Assembly: GCA_964569715.1 (NCBI GenBank)
Contig: CAZMUD010000001.1
Location: 1-54,839, forward strand
Direction: 5' to 3'
DNA length: 54,839 bases
DNA from: an uncultured Dehalococcoidales bacterium
Lineage (GTDB): Bacteria > Chloroflexota > Dehalococcoidia > Dehalococcoidales > UBA2162
The position numbers and the translations under genes are program-made. The notes beneath the pieces were generated by a model. That model made no database searches, had not been told where the DNA came from, and worked only from the letters and a program-made list of their open reading frames with translations. Numbering within the stretch: the first letter of the stretch is position 1; each line of letters begins with the position of its first letter. Positions 35,359-44,677 of the stretch are shown here, one piece after another.

Positions 35359-36099
35359 GTGGTTATTGGGTTTATATTACTGGTATTAGCTGCCTATCTT
35401 CTGGGTTCGGTACCAGCCGCTTATCTAGTGGCTAAATGGTCCCGGGGGATAGACATCAGGCAATTTGGCAGTGGCAATGTCGGAGCGGCAAATGTATTAG
35501 CAGTTGTTGCTAGGCGGTGGAGTATCCCGGTAACCATTTTTGACATCGGTAAAGGCGCATTAACAGTATGGGTAGCCCAACTGATAGGGCTTGGTGCTGC
35601 TCAGCAGGTAACAGTGGGTATCGTTACGATTATCGGGCACAATTGGCCAATATTTCTTCGCTTTCAAGGTGGACGCGGTGTTTTTACCACTCTTGGCGTT
35701 GTCACCATGCTATCCCCCAAACTGGGCCTCATACTCCTGGTACTGTCCTACTCACTGGCCCCACTACGACAGGTAGCGCTAGGGGTGACTCTAGCATTGG
35801 TCTCTTTACCCATTTTTAGCTGGTTCCTTAGCCAGCCACTGGACATAGAAGAAAGACTGCCGATTACGCTGGGCTTCGTGGCACTAGCCTTGATAGTCCT
35901 ATCAAGGCGGCTGATGGCGCCAAGAACTCCCCTTAGTGAATCAGTATCCCCAGGAGAGCTATTCTTTAATCGCCTGCTTTTTGACCGGGATATAAGGGAC
36001 AGAAAAGTCTGGATAAGCCAAAGCCATATCGGGGTAAGCTCAAGGGAACAAGCTCCCGGGCAAGAGGAAGAGCAGGAGAAGGGTCGATTAATATCCTGA
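35359..36099 (+). CDS. plsY: glycerol-3-phosphate acyltransferase PlsY (with ~50-aa C-terminal extension)
   Basis: AAYLLGSVPAAYLVAKW...DIRQFGSGNVGAANV...GHNWPIFLRFQGGRG. Confidence 0.9.
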   Translation: MVIGFILLVLAAYLLGSVPAAYLVAKWSRGIDIRQFGSGNVGAANVLAVVARRWSIPVTIFDIGKGALTVWVAQLIGLGAAQQVTVGIVTIIGHNWPIFLRFQGGRGVFTTLGVVTMLSPKLGLILLVLSYSLAPLRQVALGVTLALVSLPIFSWFLSQPLDIEERLPITLGFVALALIVLSRRLMAPRTPLSESVSPGELFFNRLLFDRDIRDRKVWISQSHIGVSSREQAPGQEEEQEKGRLIS

Positions 36100-36117
36100 G
36101 AGGCGCCACCCCTAGAC

Positions 36118-36354
36118 CTAGCCTTCCCTAATGAATTGTCTGGCAATGGTCATTCGCTGCATCTCAGAGGTACCCTCATAGATTTCAAGAATTCTGGCAT
36201 CGCGGAAATAACGCTCTAAAGGATAATCCTTAATATAGCCGTAGCCCCCATGTATTTGAATAGCTTTAGTAGTAACAAACATGGCTGCTTCAGCAGCAAA
36301 ATCACGCACCATTGTCCTCAGCATTTTCTGGTCCTCAGTCAGTGAAAAGTCCAT
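36118..36354 (-). pseudogene. internally deleted acyl-CoA dehydrogenase relic (78 aa, in frame)
   Basis: [20 protein letters not shown] (a canonical ACAD N-terminus) is joined directly to [55 protein letters not shown] (a canonical ACAD C-terminus). About 300 aa are missing. Confidence 0.75.
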
Positions 36355-37297
36355 CCTTACCTCCTAACGAAACCTGGGCAATGATTTTTGAGGCAGCCGA
36401 CCGAGGATTGGTTTTCCGATACACCAAGTCGTCCACCAGCTTTGCTAAGTAATCTTTATCCATTCTCTCAATATAATTCTTAAGAGAACTTTCAACAGCC
36501 ATCGTCAACTCTAGTTTGGCTCTTTCCCGGCGGCGCTTTTCCAGTTCCCCACTGGAGGTGAGGAACTCCCTATGCCTGAGGATTTCCTCCGCTAATTGCT
36601 CGGTGCCTATATCAGAGACTGCCTCGGTTAAGATTATACCCGGCTTCCACTCACCAGGAAGGTGGGTTTTCATCTCAAGCATAACTTCCAGTCCGGTTCT
36701 TAAATTGTCAGCGCCCTCTCTATCTGCCTTATTTATGACAAAGATGTCAGCCACTTCCAGAATACCGGCTTTCATCATTTGGATTTCATCCCCCATCCCT
36801 GGAGTCAAAACAATAATAGAGGTATCAGCAACCCTAGCAATATCTACCTCTCCCTGCCCTGAGCCGACCGCCTCGACAAAGATGATGTTTTTACCCATAG
36901 CATCCATAACATGAATCGTATTTACCGTAGCCTTTGATAATCCCCCTTTCCAGCCTCTGGCAGCCAGGCTTCGAATAAATACATCCTTATCTACGCCATA
37001 GCTCTGCATCCTTACCCTATCCCCTAATATTGCCCCGCCGGTAAAAGGACTTGTCGGGTCGAGAGCAACAACGCCAACTGTCATATTTTTCTTTCTAAAG
37101 ACATTTATTAGACTGCCGAGCAGTGTGCTTTTGCCGACACCCGGGGCACCGGTCATGCCAACTATATAGGCCCGTCCGGTGTGGAGATAGACGCTCTCCA
37201 GTTCCTCAACTGCATCTGATACTTCATCCTCTATGCCTCTCATCAGCCTAGCCGCAGCTAGAACATCACCCTCTAATATTTTGTTTACTAGATTCAT
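36335..37297 (-). CDS. meaB: methylmalonyl-CoA mutase-associated G-protein chaperone MeaB/ArgK
   Basis: P-loop [16 protein letters not shown] motif (VINKAD). GGAGG lies 5 nt upstream of ATG 37297 (track start is GTG 37312). Confidence 0.9.
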   Translation of the reverse strand: MNLVNKILEGDVLAAARLMRGIEDEVSDAVEELESVYLHTGRAYIVGMTGAPGVGKSTLLGSLINVFRKKNMTVGVVALDPTSPFTGGAILGDRVRMQSYGVDKDVFIRSLAARGWKGGLSKATVNTIHVMDAMGKNIIFVEAVGSGQGEVDIARVADTSIIVLTPGMGDEIQMMKAGILEVADIFVINKADREGADNLRTGLEVMLEMKTHLPGEWKPGIILTEAVSDIGTEQLAEEILRHREFLTSSGELEKRRRERAKLELTMAVESSLKNYIERMDKDYLAKLVDDLVYRKTNPRSAASKIIAQVSLGGKDGLFTD

Positions 37298-37321
37298 CTT
37301 CGCCTCCGGCACGAGCTAAGC

Positions 37322-37729
37322 CTACCTAAGAAGCTTTACGTTCTCTTTCGTCCACTTTATTATTTCCTCAAGGGGTGTGCCTGGTAGGAATACCTCCTTG
37401 ATACCGACTTCCTTGAGCCTGGGAATATCTTCTCCAGGGATAATGCCGCCACCAACAACTGTAATGTCGATGGCCCCCTTTTCTCTCAACTGTTTGACTA
37501 CCTCGGTGAAAAGATACATATGAGCACCAGAAAGACAGCTAAGACCAACCAGGTCAACATCCTCTTGTATAGCAGCATTAACTATCTGCTCAGGTGTCTG
37601 ATGCAAGCCAATATATATCACTTCAAAGCCAGCATCCCTATATTTCCTGGCTACAATTTTTGCTCCCCGGTCATGACCATCTAAGCCCGGTTTGGCTATT
37701 AGTACTCTTAATTTCCTCTCCAAACTCAT
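37322..37729 (-). CDS. B12-binding subunit of an acyl-CoA mutase
   Basis: [18 protein letters not shown] (DxHxxG), plus GLSCLSG and VVGGGIIP; 135 aa. Confidence 0.9.
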   Translation of the reverse strand: MSLERKLRVLIAKPGLDGHDRGAKIVARKYRDAGFEVIYIGLHQTPEQIVNAAIQEDVDLVGLSCLSGAHMYLFTEVVKQLREKGAIDITVVGGGIIPGEDIPRLKEVGIKEVFLPGTPLEEIIKWTKENVKLLR

Positions 37730-37771
37730 TCTCTCCTCAAATCAGAAGTTAGCCTTCGCACCCGATGTCTA

Positions 37772-39448
37772 CTAGTAGAAGCCAGGGTCTCGATACTCAC
37801 CGAAAACTTGGCGATACACATCACAAATTTCCTGTTCAGTAACATATTCTTTAACGGCTTCAATCACATAGGGCATTACATTTTTGTCACTTTTACAAGC
37901 AACACGAAGAGCATCCAGTGTTTGGGCTACCTTTCGATTATCTCTTGCTCTCTTAACTTCTTTTAGTCTATGAATCTGTTCAGCTTCTACTTTTTCATTG
38001 ACCTTTAATAATTCAATGGGGGTTTCTTCATCAGTAACATATTTATTTGTCCCTACCATAACCTTTTCTCCCCTGTCTATCTGCTGTTGAAAATTATAAG
38101 CGGCATTGGCAATCTCAGTCTGGGGGAACCCTTTGTCAATAGCTGCCAACATACCCCCCATTTTATCTATCTTTTCGATATACTCCCAAGCCTTCTCCTC
38201 TATTTCATTGGTTAACGCTTCTACAAAATAAGAACCAGCTAGAGGGTCTATCGTATTAATCACCCCTGTCTCCTCAGCCAGAATCTGTTGAGTGCGAAGG
38301 GCAATATTGACCGCAAAGTCAGAAGGTAAAGCCAAAACCTCATCAAGGGAATTGGTGTGTAAAGACTGCGTTCCCCCTAAAACCGCAGCCAGAGCCTCAG
38401 TAGCAATCCTGATAATATTATTGAAAGGCTGGTGAGCGGTGAGGGAACAACCTGCCGTCTGAGAGTGAAACCTCATCCACCAAGTGCGAGGATTTTTGGC
38501 TTTGAACCTGTCCCTCATTATTTTAGCCCACATCCTTCTAGCGGCTCTAAGTTTAGCTATTTCCTCAAAGAAGTCTATATGAGAATTAAAAAAGAAGGAA
38601 AGTCTGGGAGCAAAGACATCAACATCTAGCTTCTTTCTGTCGATAACATCCTTTACATAAGCTATCCCATCAGCCAGGGTAAAGGCTAGCTCCTGAACTG
38701 CAGTAGAGCCTGCCTCCCGTATATGGTAGCCACTGATGCTTATCGCATTCCACCTAGGAACATGCTTGGTGCCAAACTCGATAGTATCACTAATAAGTCT
38801 AACGGAGGGTTCAGGGGGACACATAAAGGTCTTTTGAGCAATAAATTCTTTGAGCATATCATTTTGAATTGTGCCACCCACTTTGTCCCAACTTACTCCC
38901 TGTTTTTCGGCGGCTACCAGATACATAGCCCAAAGTATGCTGGCTGGTGGGTTAATTGTCATAGAAGTTGTTACTTCATCCAAAGGGATATTCTTAGTCA
39001 AGACCTCAAAATCTGCCAGAGTATCAATGGCTACCCCGCACTTCCCACATTCAGCAATAGCCTTTGGAGAATCGCTATCATACCCCATTAATGTGGGGAA
39101 GTCGAAGGCAGTGCTTAGTCCTGTTTCACCCTCTTTTAATAACTGATGCCACCTTTTATTAGTGTCGCTGGCGCTTCCGAAGCCGGAGAACATGCGGAAT
39201 GTCCATATTCTTCCCCGATATCCGGTAGCTTGACAGCCTCTAGTGAACGGATAAGCGCCAGGATAACCGATATTAGCAGCAAAGTCCAAATCCTTGATAT
39301 TCTCTGGGGTATATATTGGTTCTATATCTAAGTTAGAAATAGTAGAGAACCGTTTCCCCTCCTGAAGGTCATTGGTGACTTTTTTTACCTCCTCTAACCA
39401 CTTCTTCATTCCCTGATGCGCCTGATTTAATGTTTTATCACTAAACAT
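37772..39448 (-). CDS. acyl-CoA mutase large (substrate-binding) subunit, methylmalonyl-CoA mutase family
   Basis: YPFTRG....GYRGRIWTFRMFSGFG, TGLSTAFDFPT and ISISGYHIREAG; 558 aa. Substrate specificity not assigned (see findings). Confidence 0.85.
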   Translation of the reverse strand: MFSDKTLNQAHQGMKKWLEEVKKVTNDLQEGKRFSTISNLDIEPIYTPENIKDLDFAANIGYPGAYPFTRGCQATGYRGRIWTFRMFSGFGSASDTNKRWHQLLKEGETGLSTAFDFPTLMGYDSDSPKAIAECGKCGVAIDTLADFEVLTKNIPLDEVTTSMTINPPASILWAMYLVAAEKQGVSWDKVGGTIQNDMLKEFIAQKTFMCPPEPSVRLISDTIEFGTKHVPRWNAISISGYHIREAGSTAVQELAFTLADGIAYVKDVIDRKKLDVDVFAPRLSFFFNSHIDFFEEIAKLRAARRMWAKIMRDRFKAKNPRTWWMRFHSQTAGCSLTAHQPFNNIIRIATEALAAVLGGTQSLHTNSLDEVLALPSDFAVNIALRTQQILAEETGVINTIDPLAGSYFVEALTNEIEEKAWEYIEKIDKMGGMLAAIDKGFPQTEIANAAYNFQQQIDRGEKVMVGTNKYVTDEETPIELLKVNEKVEAEQIHRLKEVKRARDNRKVAQTLDALRVACKSDKNVMPYVIEAVKEYVTEQEICDVYRQVFGEYRDPGFY

Positions 39449-39496
39449 AATATCCCCCCTCTACCACTTTCCAATGAGACCATAAACGATTATTTA

Positions 39497-39580
39497 TTAG
39501 CTCCCGCCATATTGTTCACGCAGCACTCGCTTAAGAACCTTACCCATAGGGTTGCGTAGAAGCTCATCGGGTCTGTTTAC
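39497..39580 (-). pseudogene. C-terminal remnant of an AMP-dependent acyl-CoA synthetase/ligase
   Basis: VNRPDELLRNPMGKVLKRVLREQYGGS** is bounded upstream by an in-frame stop inside repeat locus 5. The GK..KR.LRE motif is typical of this family's C-terminus. Confidence 0.5.
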
Positions 39581-39583
39581 TTA

Positions 39584-39693
39584 CCTCACCCCATTATTTT
39601 AATTAACCCCATCCCTCGAAGAGTCTTCGACTTAACAAGGGGAAGGGGAAAATTCTTTTCTGAAGAGGGGCTTCGCCCCTCTTAGACTCCCCT
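39584..39693. repeat. composite palindromic repeat, locus 5 (rearranged)
   Basis: Inverted tail fragment CCTCACCCC, then AACCCCATCCC...AACAAGGGGAAGGGGAAAATT (right arm of hairpin A only), then AAGAGGGGC-ttc-GCCCCTCTT + AGACTCCCC. Confidence 0.75.
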
Positions 39694-39780
39694 TAGAAAC
39701 CAAAACCTATCTTAACTAACCTCACTACTGACGTCAAGGCTCGTATAGAAGAGTGGAAAGGACAAAGGAGAGAACCAACA

Positions 39781-39978
39781 TTAATCTTCAGCGAGTTCAA
39801 AAAATGCCTGGCTGGTCATCCGAGCGGCACAGGGCGTGCTTCTACCTCGCCAGAAAGGAATCCAGATATCCCCGGCATGCAGAATCAGGTCAACACCGCT
39901 GAAAGCACCTTTTACCTGAGGAGGAAGTGCTTCACTCGGCAAGGCGATATGAGTATCTGAAAGCAGTCCGATAAGCAA
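39781..39978 (-). pseudogene. truncated calcineurin-like metallophosphoesterase (YfcE/MJ0936-type N-terminus only)
   Basis: (TTG)LIGLLSDTHIALP...VDLILHAGDIW keeps the DxH and GD motifs, then ends after 27 more residues. The GNHD/H motifs are absent; 65 aa versus the ~160 expected. Confidence 0.55.
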
Positions 39979-40014
39979 TGTTTTGCGTCACTATAGAGAA
40001 TATCAGCTTCTCTG

Positions 40015-40662
40015 TCAACCATTTGTGCCGAACTGGCAGATATTTTGGAGGCAACACTGCTGGCAAAGGGGACGGTTGCGGCAGACATTCTTACCCAGGT
40101 AGACCAGCAGGGCATGATATTCATTGAACAGCCTGGCATCGGCGGGCAGATTATCCATAAAAAGGGACTGATAGGCGGTATAGCTATTATTATCCGGTGC
40201 CCACCCGATACGGTTGATGATGCGACGAGTATAAGCGTCAATAACAAAAATTGGCTTATTAGCCGCATACAGTATTATGGAATCAGCTGTCTCCTGTCCA
40301 ATACCATAGACAGAAAGAAGCTGCTGGCGAAGCTGGTCAGTATTAATGGCAAACAGCTTACCCAGGTTGTCATGGCAGTATTCTCCTAGCCAGTGAGCCA
40401 GGGACTTGAGCTTGCGTGCCTTGGCGTTATAGTAACCACAGGGGCGGATAAGGGTAGCGATTTCAGAGAGGCTGAACCGGCGTAGCGCTTGGGGTGATAG
40501 TGCCTTGGCCGCTTTCAGATTGGCTATAGCCTTCTCCGCATTCAGCCAGGCAGCGGATTGGGTAAGTATGGCGCCTACCATTACCTCAAATGGCTCCTCG
40601 GCTGGCCACCAGTGTTGAGGTCCGTAGCCGTCCATAAGCTGATGATAGATATTTTGTAACAT
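40015..40662 (-). CDS. endonuclease III-related HhH-GPD protein with C-terminal Fe-S cysteine cluster
   Basis: GPQHWWPAEEPFEVMVGAILTQSAAW, plus LLSVYGIGQETADSIILYA and a C-terminal cysteine cluster (CRNRPLCQQCCLQNIC). Confidence 0.75.
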   Translation of the reverse strand: MLQNIYHQLMDGYGPQHWWPAEEPFEVMVGAILTQSAAWLNAEKAIANLKAAKALSPQALRRFSLSEIATLIRPCGYYNAKARKLKSLAHWLGEYCHDNLGKLFAINTDQLRQQLLSVYGIGQETADSIILYAANKPIFVIDAYTRRIINRIGWAPDNNSYTAYQSLFMDNLPADARLFNEYHALLVYLGKNVCRNRPLCQQCCLQNICQFGTNG

Positions 40663-40708
40663 GACCCGTCAATTGGTTCTTCACCGGAGCACTTTGGCAG
40701 CACTTGAC

Positions 40709-41140
40709 TTATCGATTGGTTATCCACTGGGGCACTTTGGCATCAGCTACCGAATCATATCCAGGGATATAGGGTTTTATATCTATTACTGGTGAGCCAT
40801 CAATGGCATCGAGCCCTTTGACTTTTAATATGTTACCCTGGCGCTGGAGCAATCTAACGGTAGCTTTGCCTATCGGATTCGGCCTATTCGGTGTCCGGGT
40901 GGCGAAAAGCCCTTTTAAAGGAACCCCTTTTCTGCCCATCGGATGCACCTTGAGTGGCACCTCATCAGAAGCAGCTTGGTACATCCAGTAAAGAACTATG
41001 ATATGGGAGAAGTCACCCAGCCCATCTAGAGCCTCGGCCAAACTGCTATCAATCACTACCTCCGAAACGGTCTCCTCAAAGTCGCGCCTGGCTGGTTGCT
41101 TAATCTCATTTCTGACGATACCAATAGCTTTCACTCTCAT
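40709..41140 (-). CDS. trmO: tRNA (t6A37-N6)-methyltransferase TrmO/TsaA family
   Basis: IGIVRNE...HIIVLYWMY...LFATRTPNRPNPIG...GLDAIDGSPVIDIKPY. Confidence 0.85.
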   Translation of the reverse strand: MRVKAIGIVRNEIKQPARRDFEETVSEVVIDSSLAEALDGLGDFSHIIVLYWMYQAASDEVPLKVHPMGRKGVPLKGLFATRTPNRPNPIGKATVRLLQRQGNILKVKGLDAIDGSPVIDIKPYIPGYDSVADAKVPQWITNR

Positions 41141-41170
41141 CCCCCGACAGCCAAAAGAAAGTCCATATAA

Positions 41171-41386
41171 CTAGCCCCTGGCGCGCCAAACACCCCAGCG
41201 CTTAACAAAGAGCTTCATCTCCCCACCGCAGTTGCGAAAGTCCTGGCAAGGGAAGACACCACGTGGTTCGCCACCACGCGCTCTAACCGCTGCTTCCCAC
41301 GCATCCTTACCTTCAAGTGCCTCCGCCACACTTTCCCTATCGGTAAGCTCCATCCCGCACCTATCACAAACTAGCTTTTCCACCAT
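41171..41386 (-). CDS. hypothetical small Cys-containing protein
   Basis: MVEKLVCDRCGMEL...FPCQDFRNCGGEM; no family recognised. Confidence 0.4.
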   Translation of the reverse strand: MVEKLVCDRCGMELTDRESVAEALEGKDAWEAAVRARGGEPRGVFPCQDFRNCGGEMKLFVKRWGVWRARG

Positions 41387-41486
41387 GCCTATCTCCTCAA
41401 ATTCTAGGCAGATTGCCAATCACAAGATAGAGCTTGCGGCTACCACGCTTCAAGGGTAGTTTGGATTTACCCTGGGTCTGGGGGTT

Positions 41487-41906
41487 TTACCGTTTGGTGT
41501 ATTGAGGTGCCTTGCGAGCCCGCTTAAGACCGGGCTTCTTTCTCTCTTTGACCCTAGAATCTCTGGTAAGCAACCCGTTTTGGCGTAGCACCGGCTTAAG
41601 GTTTTCATCTACCTCAACCAGAGCTCGGGCAATGCCATGAGAGATGGCACCACTCTGTCCTGATATGCCACCACCGGCTACTTTGACCACTACGTTATAC
41701 TTACCAAGGCTCTCAGTAAGCATAAGAGGCCTCACTATTGCTTGACGGTGCGCTACGCGAGGGAATAGCTCCTCATAGGGGGTACCATTTACAATAATAG
41801 CATCACCGCCCGGCAACAGCCTTACCTGGGCTACCGCCGTCTTGCGCCTGCCTGTCTTATGGAAGTAAGCTTGCTTTCCCAAAGGAATCTCCTTTTCCTT
41901 CTTCAA
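41487..41906 (-). CDS. rpsI: 30S ribosomal protein S9
   Basis: GRRKTAVAQVRL...GGGISGQSGAISHGIARAL...RDSRVKERKKPGLKRARKAPQYTKR. Confidence 0.97.
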   Translation of the reverse strand: MKKEKEIPLGKQAYFHKTGRRKTAVAQVRLLPGGDAIIVNGTPYEELFPRVAHRQAIVRPLMLTESLGKYNVVVKVAGGGISGQSGAISHGIARALVEVDENLKPVLRQNGLLTRDSRVKERKKPGLKRARKAPQYTKR

Positions 41907-41907
41907 A

Positions 41908-42351
41908 CTACCCCTCCTCCGCCTTGACCGAGGTAGCTTTTATTTGACCCTGATAAGGGTGAGCATCACCAACATAGACCCTGAGCCTTTTCATCATTTT
42001 AGCCCTCAACCGAGTGTGAGGTAACATACCTCTGACAGCATGCTCAATCACCCGGGTTGGATGGGTCTGCATCATTCTCTCTAAACTGATACTTTTAAGT
42101 CCCCCAGGATACCCAGAATGTCGGTAATAGAGCTTCTGTTTAGTCTTATTACCAGTAACACGAATCTTCTCAGCGTTGATAACAACAACAAAATCGCCCG
42201 TGTCCAGATGACGGCAGAATATTGGCTTGTGCTTACCCATAAGCAAGCCAGCTACTTGGGTGGCTAGTCTGCCCAAAACTTTATCTGAGGCATCAATAAT
42301 ATGCCACTCTCGCTTAATATCAGAAGCCTTAGTACTATAGGTTTTTAACAT
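41908..42351 (-). CDS. rplM: 50S ribosomal protein L13
   Basis: [28 protein letters not shown]...[10 protein letters not shown]. Confidence 0.97.
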   Translation of the reverse strand: MLKTYSTKASDIKREWHIIDASDKVLGRLATQVAGLLMGKHKPIFCRHLDTGDFVVVINAEKIRVTGNKTKQKLYYRHSGYPGGLKSISLERMMQTHPTRVIEHAVRGMLPHTRLRAKMMKRLRVYVGDAHPYQGQIKATSVKAEEG

Positions 42352-42384
42352 ATGTCATCCTCAAAAGTCAGTGCCAAGCTCTTT

Positions 42385-43203
42385 TCAAACAACCTCTTCC
42401 GCAAACGGATGTGGGTAATTTACCTGCATAAGGCATAGCCCGCAGGCAGGAGCAGTTGGCCCAGCCAGGCCAGGTTTTTTCGCCTCCATTATACTATAAA
42501 ACTCATCACCGCTCATCCTATCCAAGCCAACTCTGATTAGAGCCCCTACCATATTACGCACCTGATGGGGTAAGAAGGAATTAGCCACTATATTGAAAAC
42601 GGCTGATTTCCCGTCCTTCCTCATTTCAGCTCGATACCCTCTCCGTACCGTGTTCTTTATCCCGAGCCCGATACCGCTGGTAAACGAAGCAAAGTCATGC
42701 TCACCGATAAGAGCCTGACACACCTGATTCACAGCATCAATATCCAGACGGCCAGCAACACGGTAGCAGAAACCTTCCCTCAGTGGAGAACGTGTCAAGC
42801 TATTTAATATATAGTAGTTATACTCCCGGCTCACTGCATGGCGCCTAACACTAAAGGAATCTTTTACTCTATGTGCCGCCTTAACCGCAATGTCCCTGGG
42901 CAAATAGTAGTTTAGCCCGTTAACAAATGTCCGCAGGGAATGAGGTGACCTAGTCTTGAAACTGACCACCTGCCCCTTGGCATGAACCCCAGCATCAGTG
43001 CGGCTAGCCGCCATCACCCGAGTCTTTTCTCCAGTAAGTTTCCACAGCGCCTTTTCTATCTCACCCTGAATGGTGGCCAGACTAGCCTGTAGCTGGAAAC
43101 CATGGTAGCGTGTGCCATCATATTCCAAAATTAATACAATCCTGGTGGTCGTCGCCAAGCTGACAACCGGCTCTACCTCTGGGTTGACGGCAGTAAGCAC
43201 CAT
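42385..43203 (-). CDS. truA: tRNA pseudouridine(38-40) synthase
   Basis: LEYDGTRYHGFQLQ...ASRTDAGVHAKGQV...HQVRNMVG. Confidence 0.93.
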   Translation of the reverse strand: MVLTAVNPEVEPVVSLATTTRIVLILEYDGTRYHGFQLQASLATIQGEIEKALWKLTGEKTRVMAASRTDAGVHAKGQVVSFKTRSPHSLRTFVNGLNYYLPRDIAVKAAHRVKDSFSVRRHAVSREYNYYILNSLTRSPLREGFCYRVAGRLDIDAVNQVCQALIGEHDFASFTSGIGLGIKNTVRRGYRAEMRKDGKSAVFNIVANSFLPHQVRNMVGALIRVGLDRMSGDEFYSIMEAKKPGLAGPTAPACGLCLMQVNYPHPFAEEVV

Positions 43204-43557
43204 TTACTTCACCAACTCAAGCTGAACCATAGCTGCCCCGTCACCCAATCTACGTCCTAATTTAGTGATACGGGTATAGCCGCCAGGGCGTTCGGCATAC
43301 CTTTGGGCAAGCCCAGTAAATACCTTATCGGTCACTGTTTTATCAAAAATAAATGATAGCACCTGGCGACGGGAGTGAAGTCCACCCTTCTTACCCAATG
43401 TAATCATCTTCTCAACCAGGCTACGGGCTCGCTTAGCTTTAGCCTCGGTAGTGGTAATCTTCTCGTAACCCAAAAGGTCAGTCACCAAGTTACGATACAT
43501 CGCCCTCCTATAGCTTGAAGTCTTGCCTGATTTTCCCTCGACTGCTTTACGACCCAT
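43204..43557 (-). CDS. rplQ: 50S ribosomal protein L17
   Basis: [27 protein letters not shown]...RPGGYTRI. Confidence 0.96.
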   Translation of the reverse strand: MGRKAVEGKSGKTSSYRRAMYRNLVTDLLGYEKITTTEAKAKRARSLVEKMITLGKKGGLHSRRQVLSFIFDKTVTDKVFTGLAQRYAERPGGYTRITKLGRRLGDGAAMVQLELVK

Positions 43558-43606
43558 GTTACCCTACCTCAATAAGCAACTGAAGGCGACCTTATCACCC
43601 ACGCCA

Positions 43607-44665
43607 TTACGCAGCTTGACTCTCATCTGTTTCTGCCTCAGTCTCGGTTGGGCTTCCAGTCTCCACGCCTATTTCTCTGGTCGCTAAATCGGCTGCCTCC
43701 TCCGCCTCGGCAGGCTTTCCCTCTTCCTCGCCTTCTTTAGCTTGAGACGCCAGAGAAAGCCCCAGTGCCTCAAGATGCTCCCCTACCTCCCGTTTAGATT
43801 TCTGCCCAAAATTGCGCAGCGCCATCAGGTCTTTCTCCCCTTTACTTACCAGTTCCCCCAGTGTAGCGATGCCGCCACGCCTTAAGCAATTCAAAGTGCG
43901 CACTGAGAAATCCATCTGCTCCACAGACATATTAGCTAGCTCCTCAGGAATAGCTAAGCGGCTAGGCTTCTCTTCTATCTGCAAAATCCGGGTATAACTG
44001 ACAAATGGAAATAGCTGCTCCGTCAGAATTTCAGCACTGCCGCTAATTGCGTCGGCCGGCGTCATAGTGCCATCCGTCCACACTTCCAGGTACAACCGCT
44101 CACGGCCAGCCTCTTGACCAATATGAATTGGCTCAACAGTAAAATTAACCTTGCGTATTGGGGTAAAGATAGCATCCACTGGAATTACCCCTACCGGGAG
44201 ATTATCGCTGGATTCAGCCTCCTTATAGCCCTTAGACAGCTCCACATCAAACTCTACATAAAGTTTGGCTTCAGGTGAATCTAGGGTGGCTAAATAAAGC
44301 TCAGGGTTGGCAATTTCAAAGTCAACCGAGGGCTGAATATCAGCCGCTGAAATCCGTCCCTCCCCTTCCACCTCCAGTGTTAGCTTACCTGGTTGACCAG
44401 AAAGGGACTTTAACCTCAGCGCTTTAACATTGAGTAAAAACTCTGTGGTATCTTCCTTTATGTAAGGAATGGTAGAGAATTCATGTTGAATCCCCTCTAT
44501 CTTAACCCTGCTCACGGCTGCTCCTTGAAGAAAGCCAAGAAGCACCCGCCGCATGGCATTCCCCAGAGTTATACCAAAACCCTTCTCCAGTGGCTCGGCG
44601 ACAAATCGCCCAAAGTTATCCCCACTTTCAACACACTCAATCTTAGGCACTACGAGGCGAAACAA
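43607..44665 (-). CDS. rpoA: DNA-directed RNA polymerase subunit alpha
   Basis: FGRFVAEPLEKGFGITLGNAMRRVLL, C-terminal domain LSVRTLNCLRRGGIATLGEL, and an acidic tail. Confidence 0.96.
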   Translation of the reverse strand: MFRLVVPKIECVESGDNFGRFVAEPLEKGFGITLGNAMRRVLLGFLQGAAVSRVKIEGIQHEFSTIPYIKEDTTEFLLNVKALRLKSLSGQPGKLTLEVEGEGRISAADIQPSVDFEIANPELYLATLDSPEAKLYVEFDVELSKGYKEAESSDNLPVGVIPVDAIFTPIRKVNFTVEPIHIGQEAGRERLYLEVWTDGTMTPADAISGSAEILTEQLFPFVSYTRILQIEEKPSRLAIPEELANMSVEQMDFSVRTLNCLRRGGIATLGELVSKGEKDLMALRNFGQKSKREVGEHLEALGLSLASQAKEGEEEGKPAEAEEAADLATREIGVETGSPTETEAETDESQAA

Positions 44666-44677
44666 AACGCTACCTCC

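Noticed and set aside
39912-40268. 118-aa ORF overlapping the nth-like gene and the phosphoesterase remnant
   Set aside because: It overlaps a well-supported HhH-GPD gene in another frame and has no motifs.
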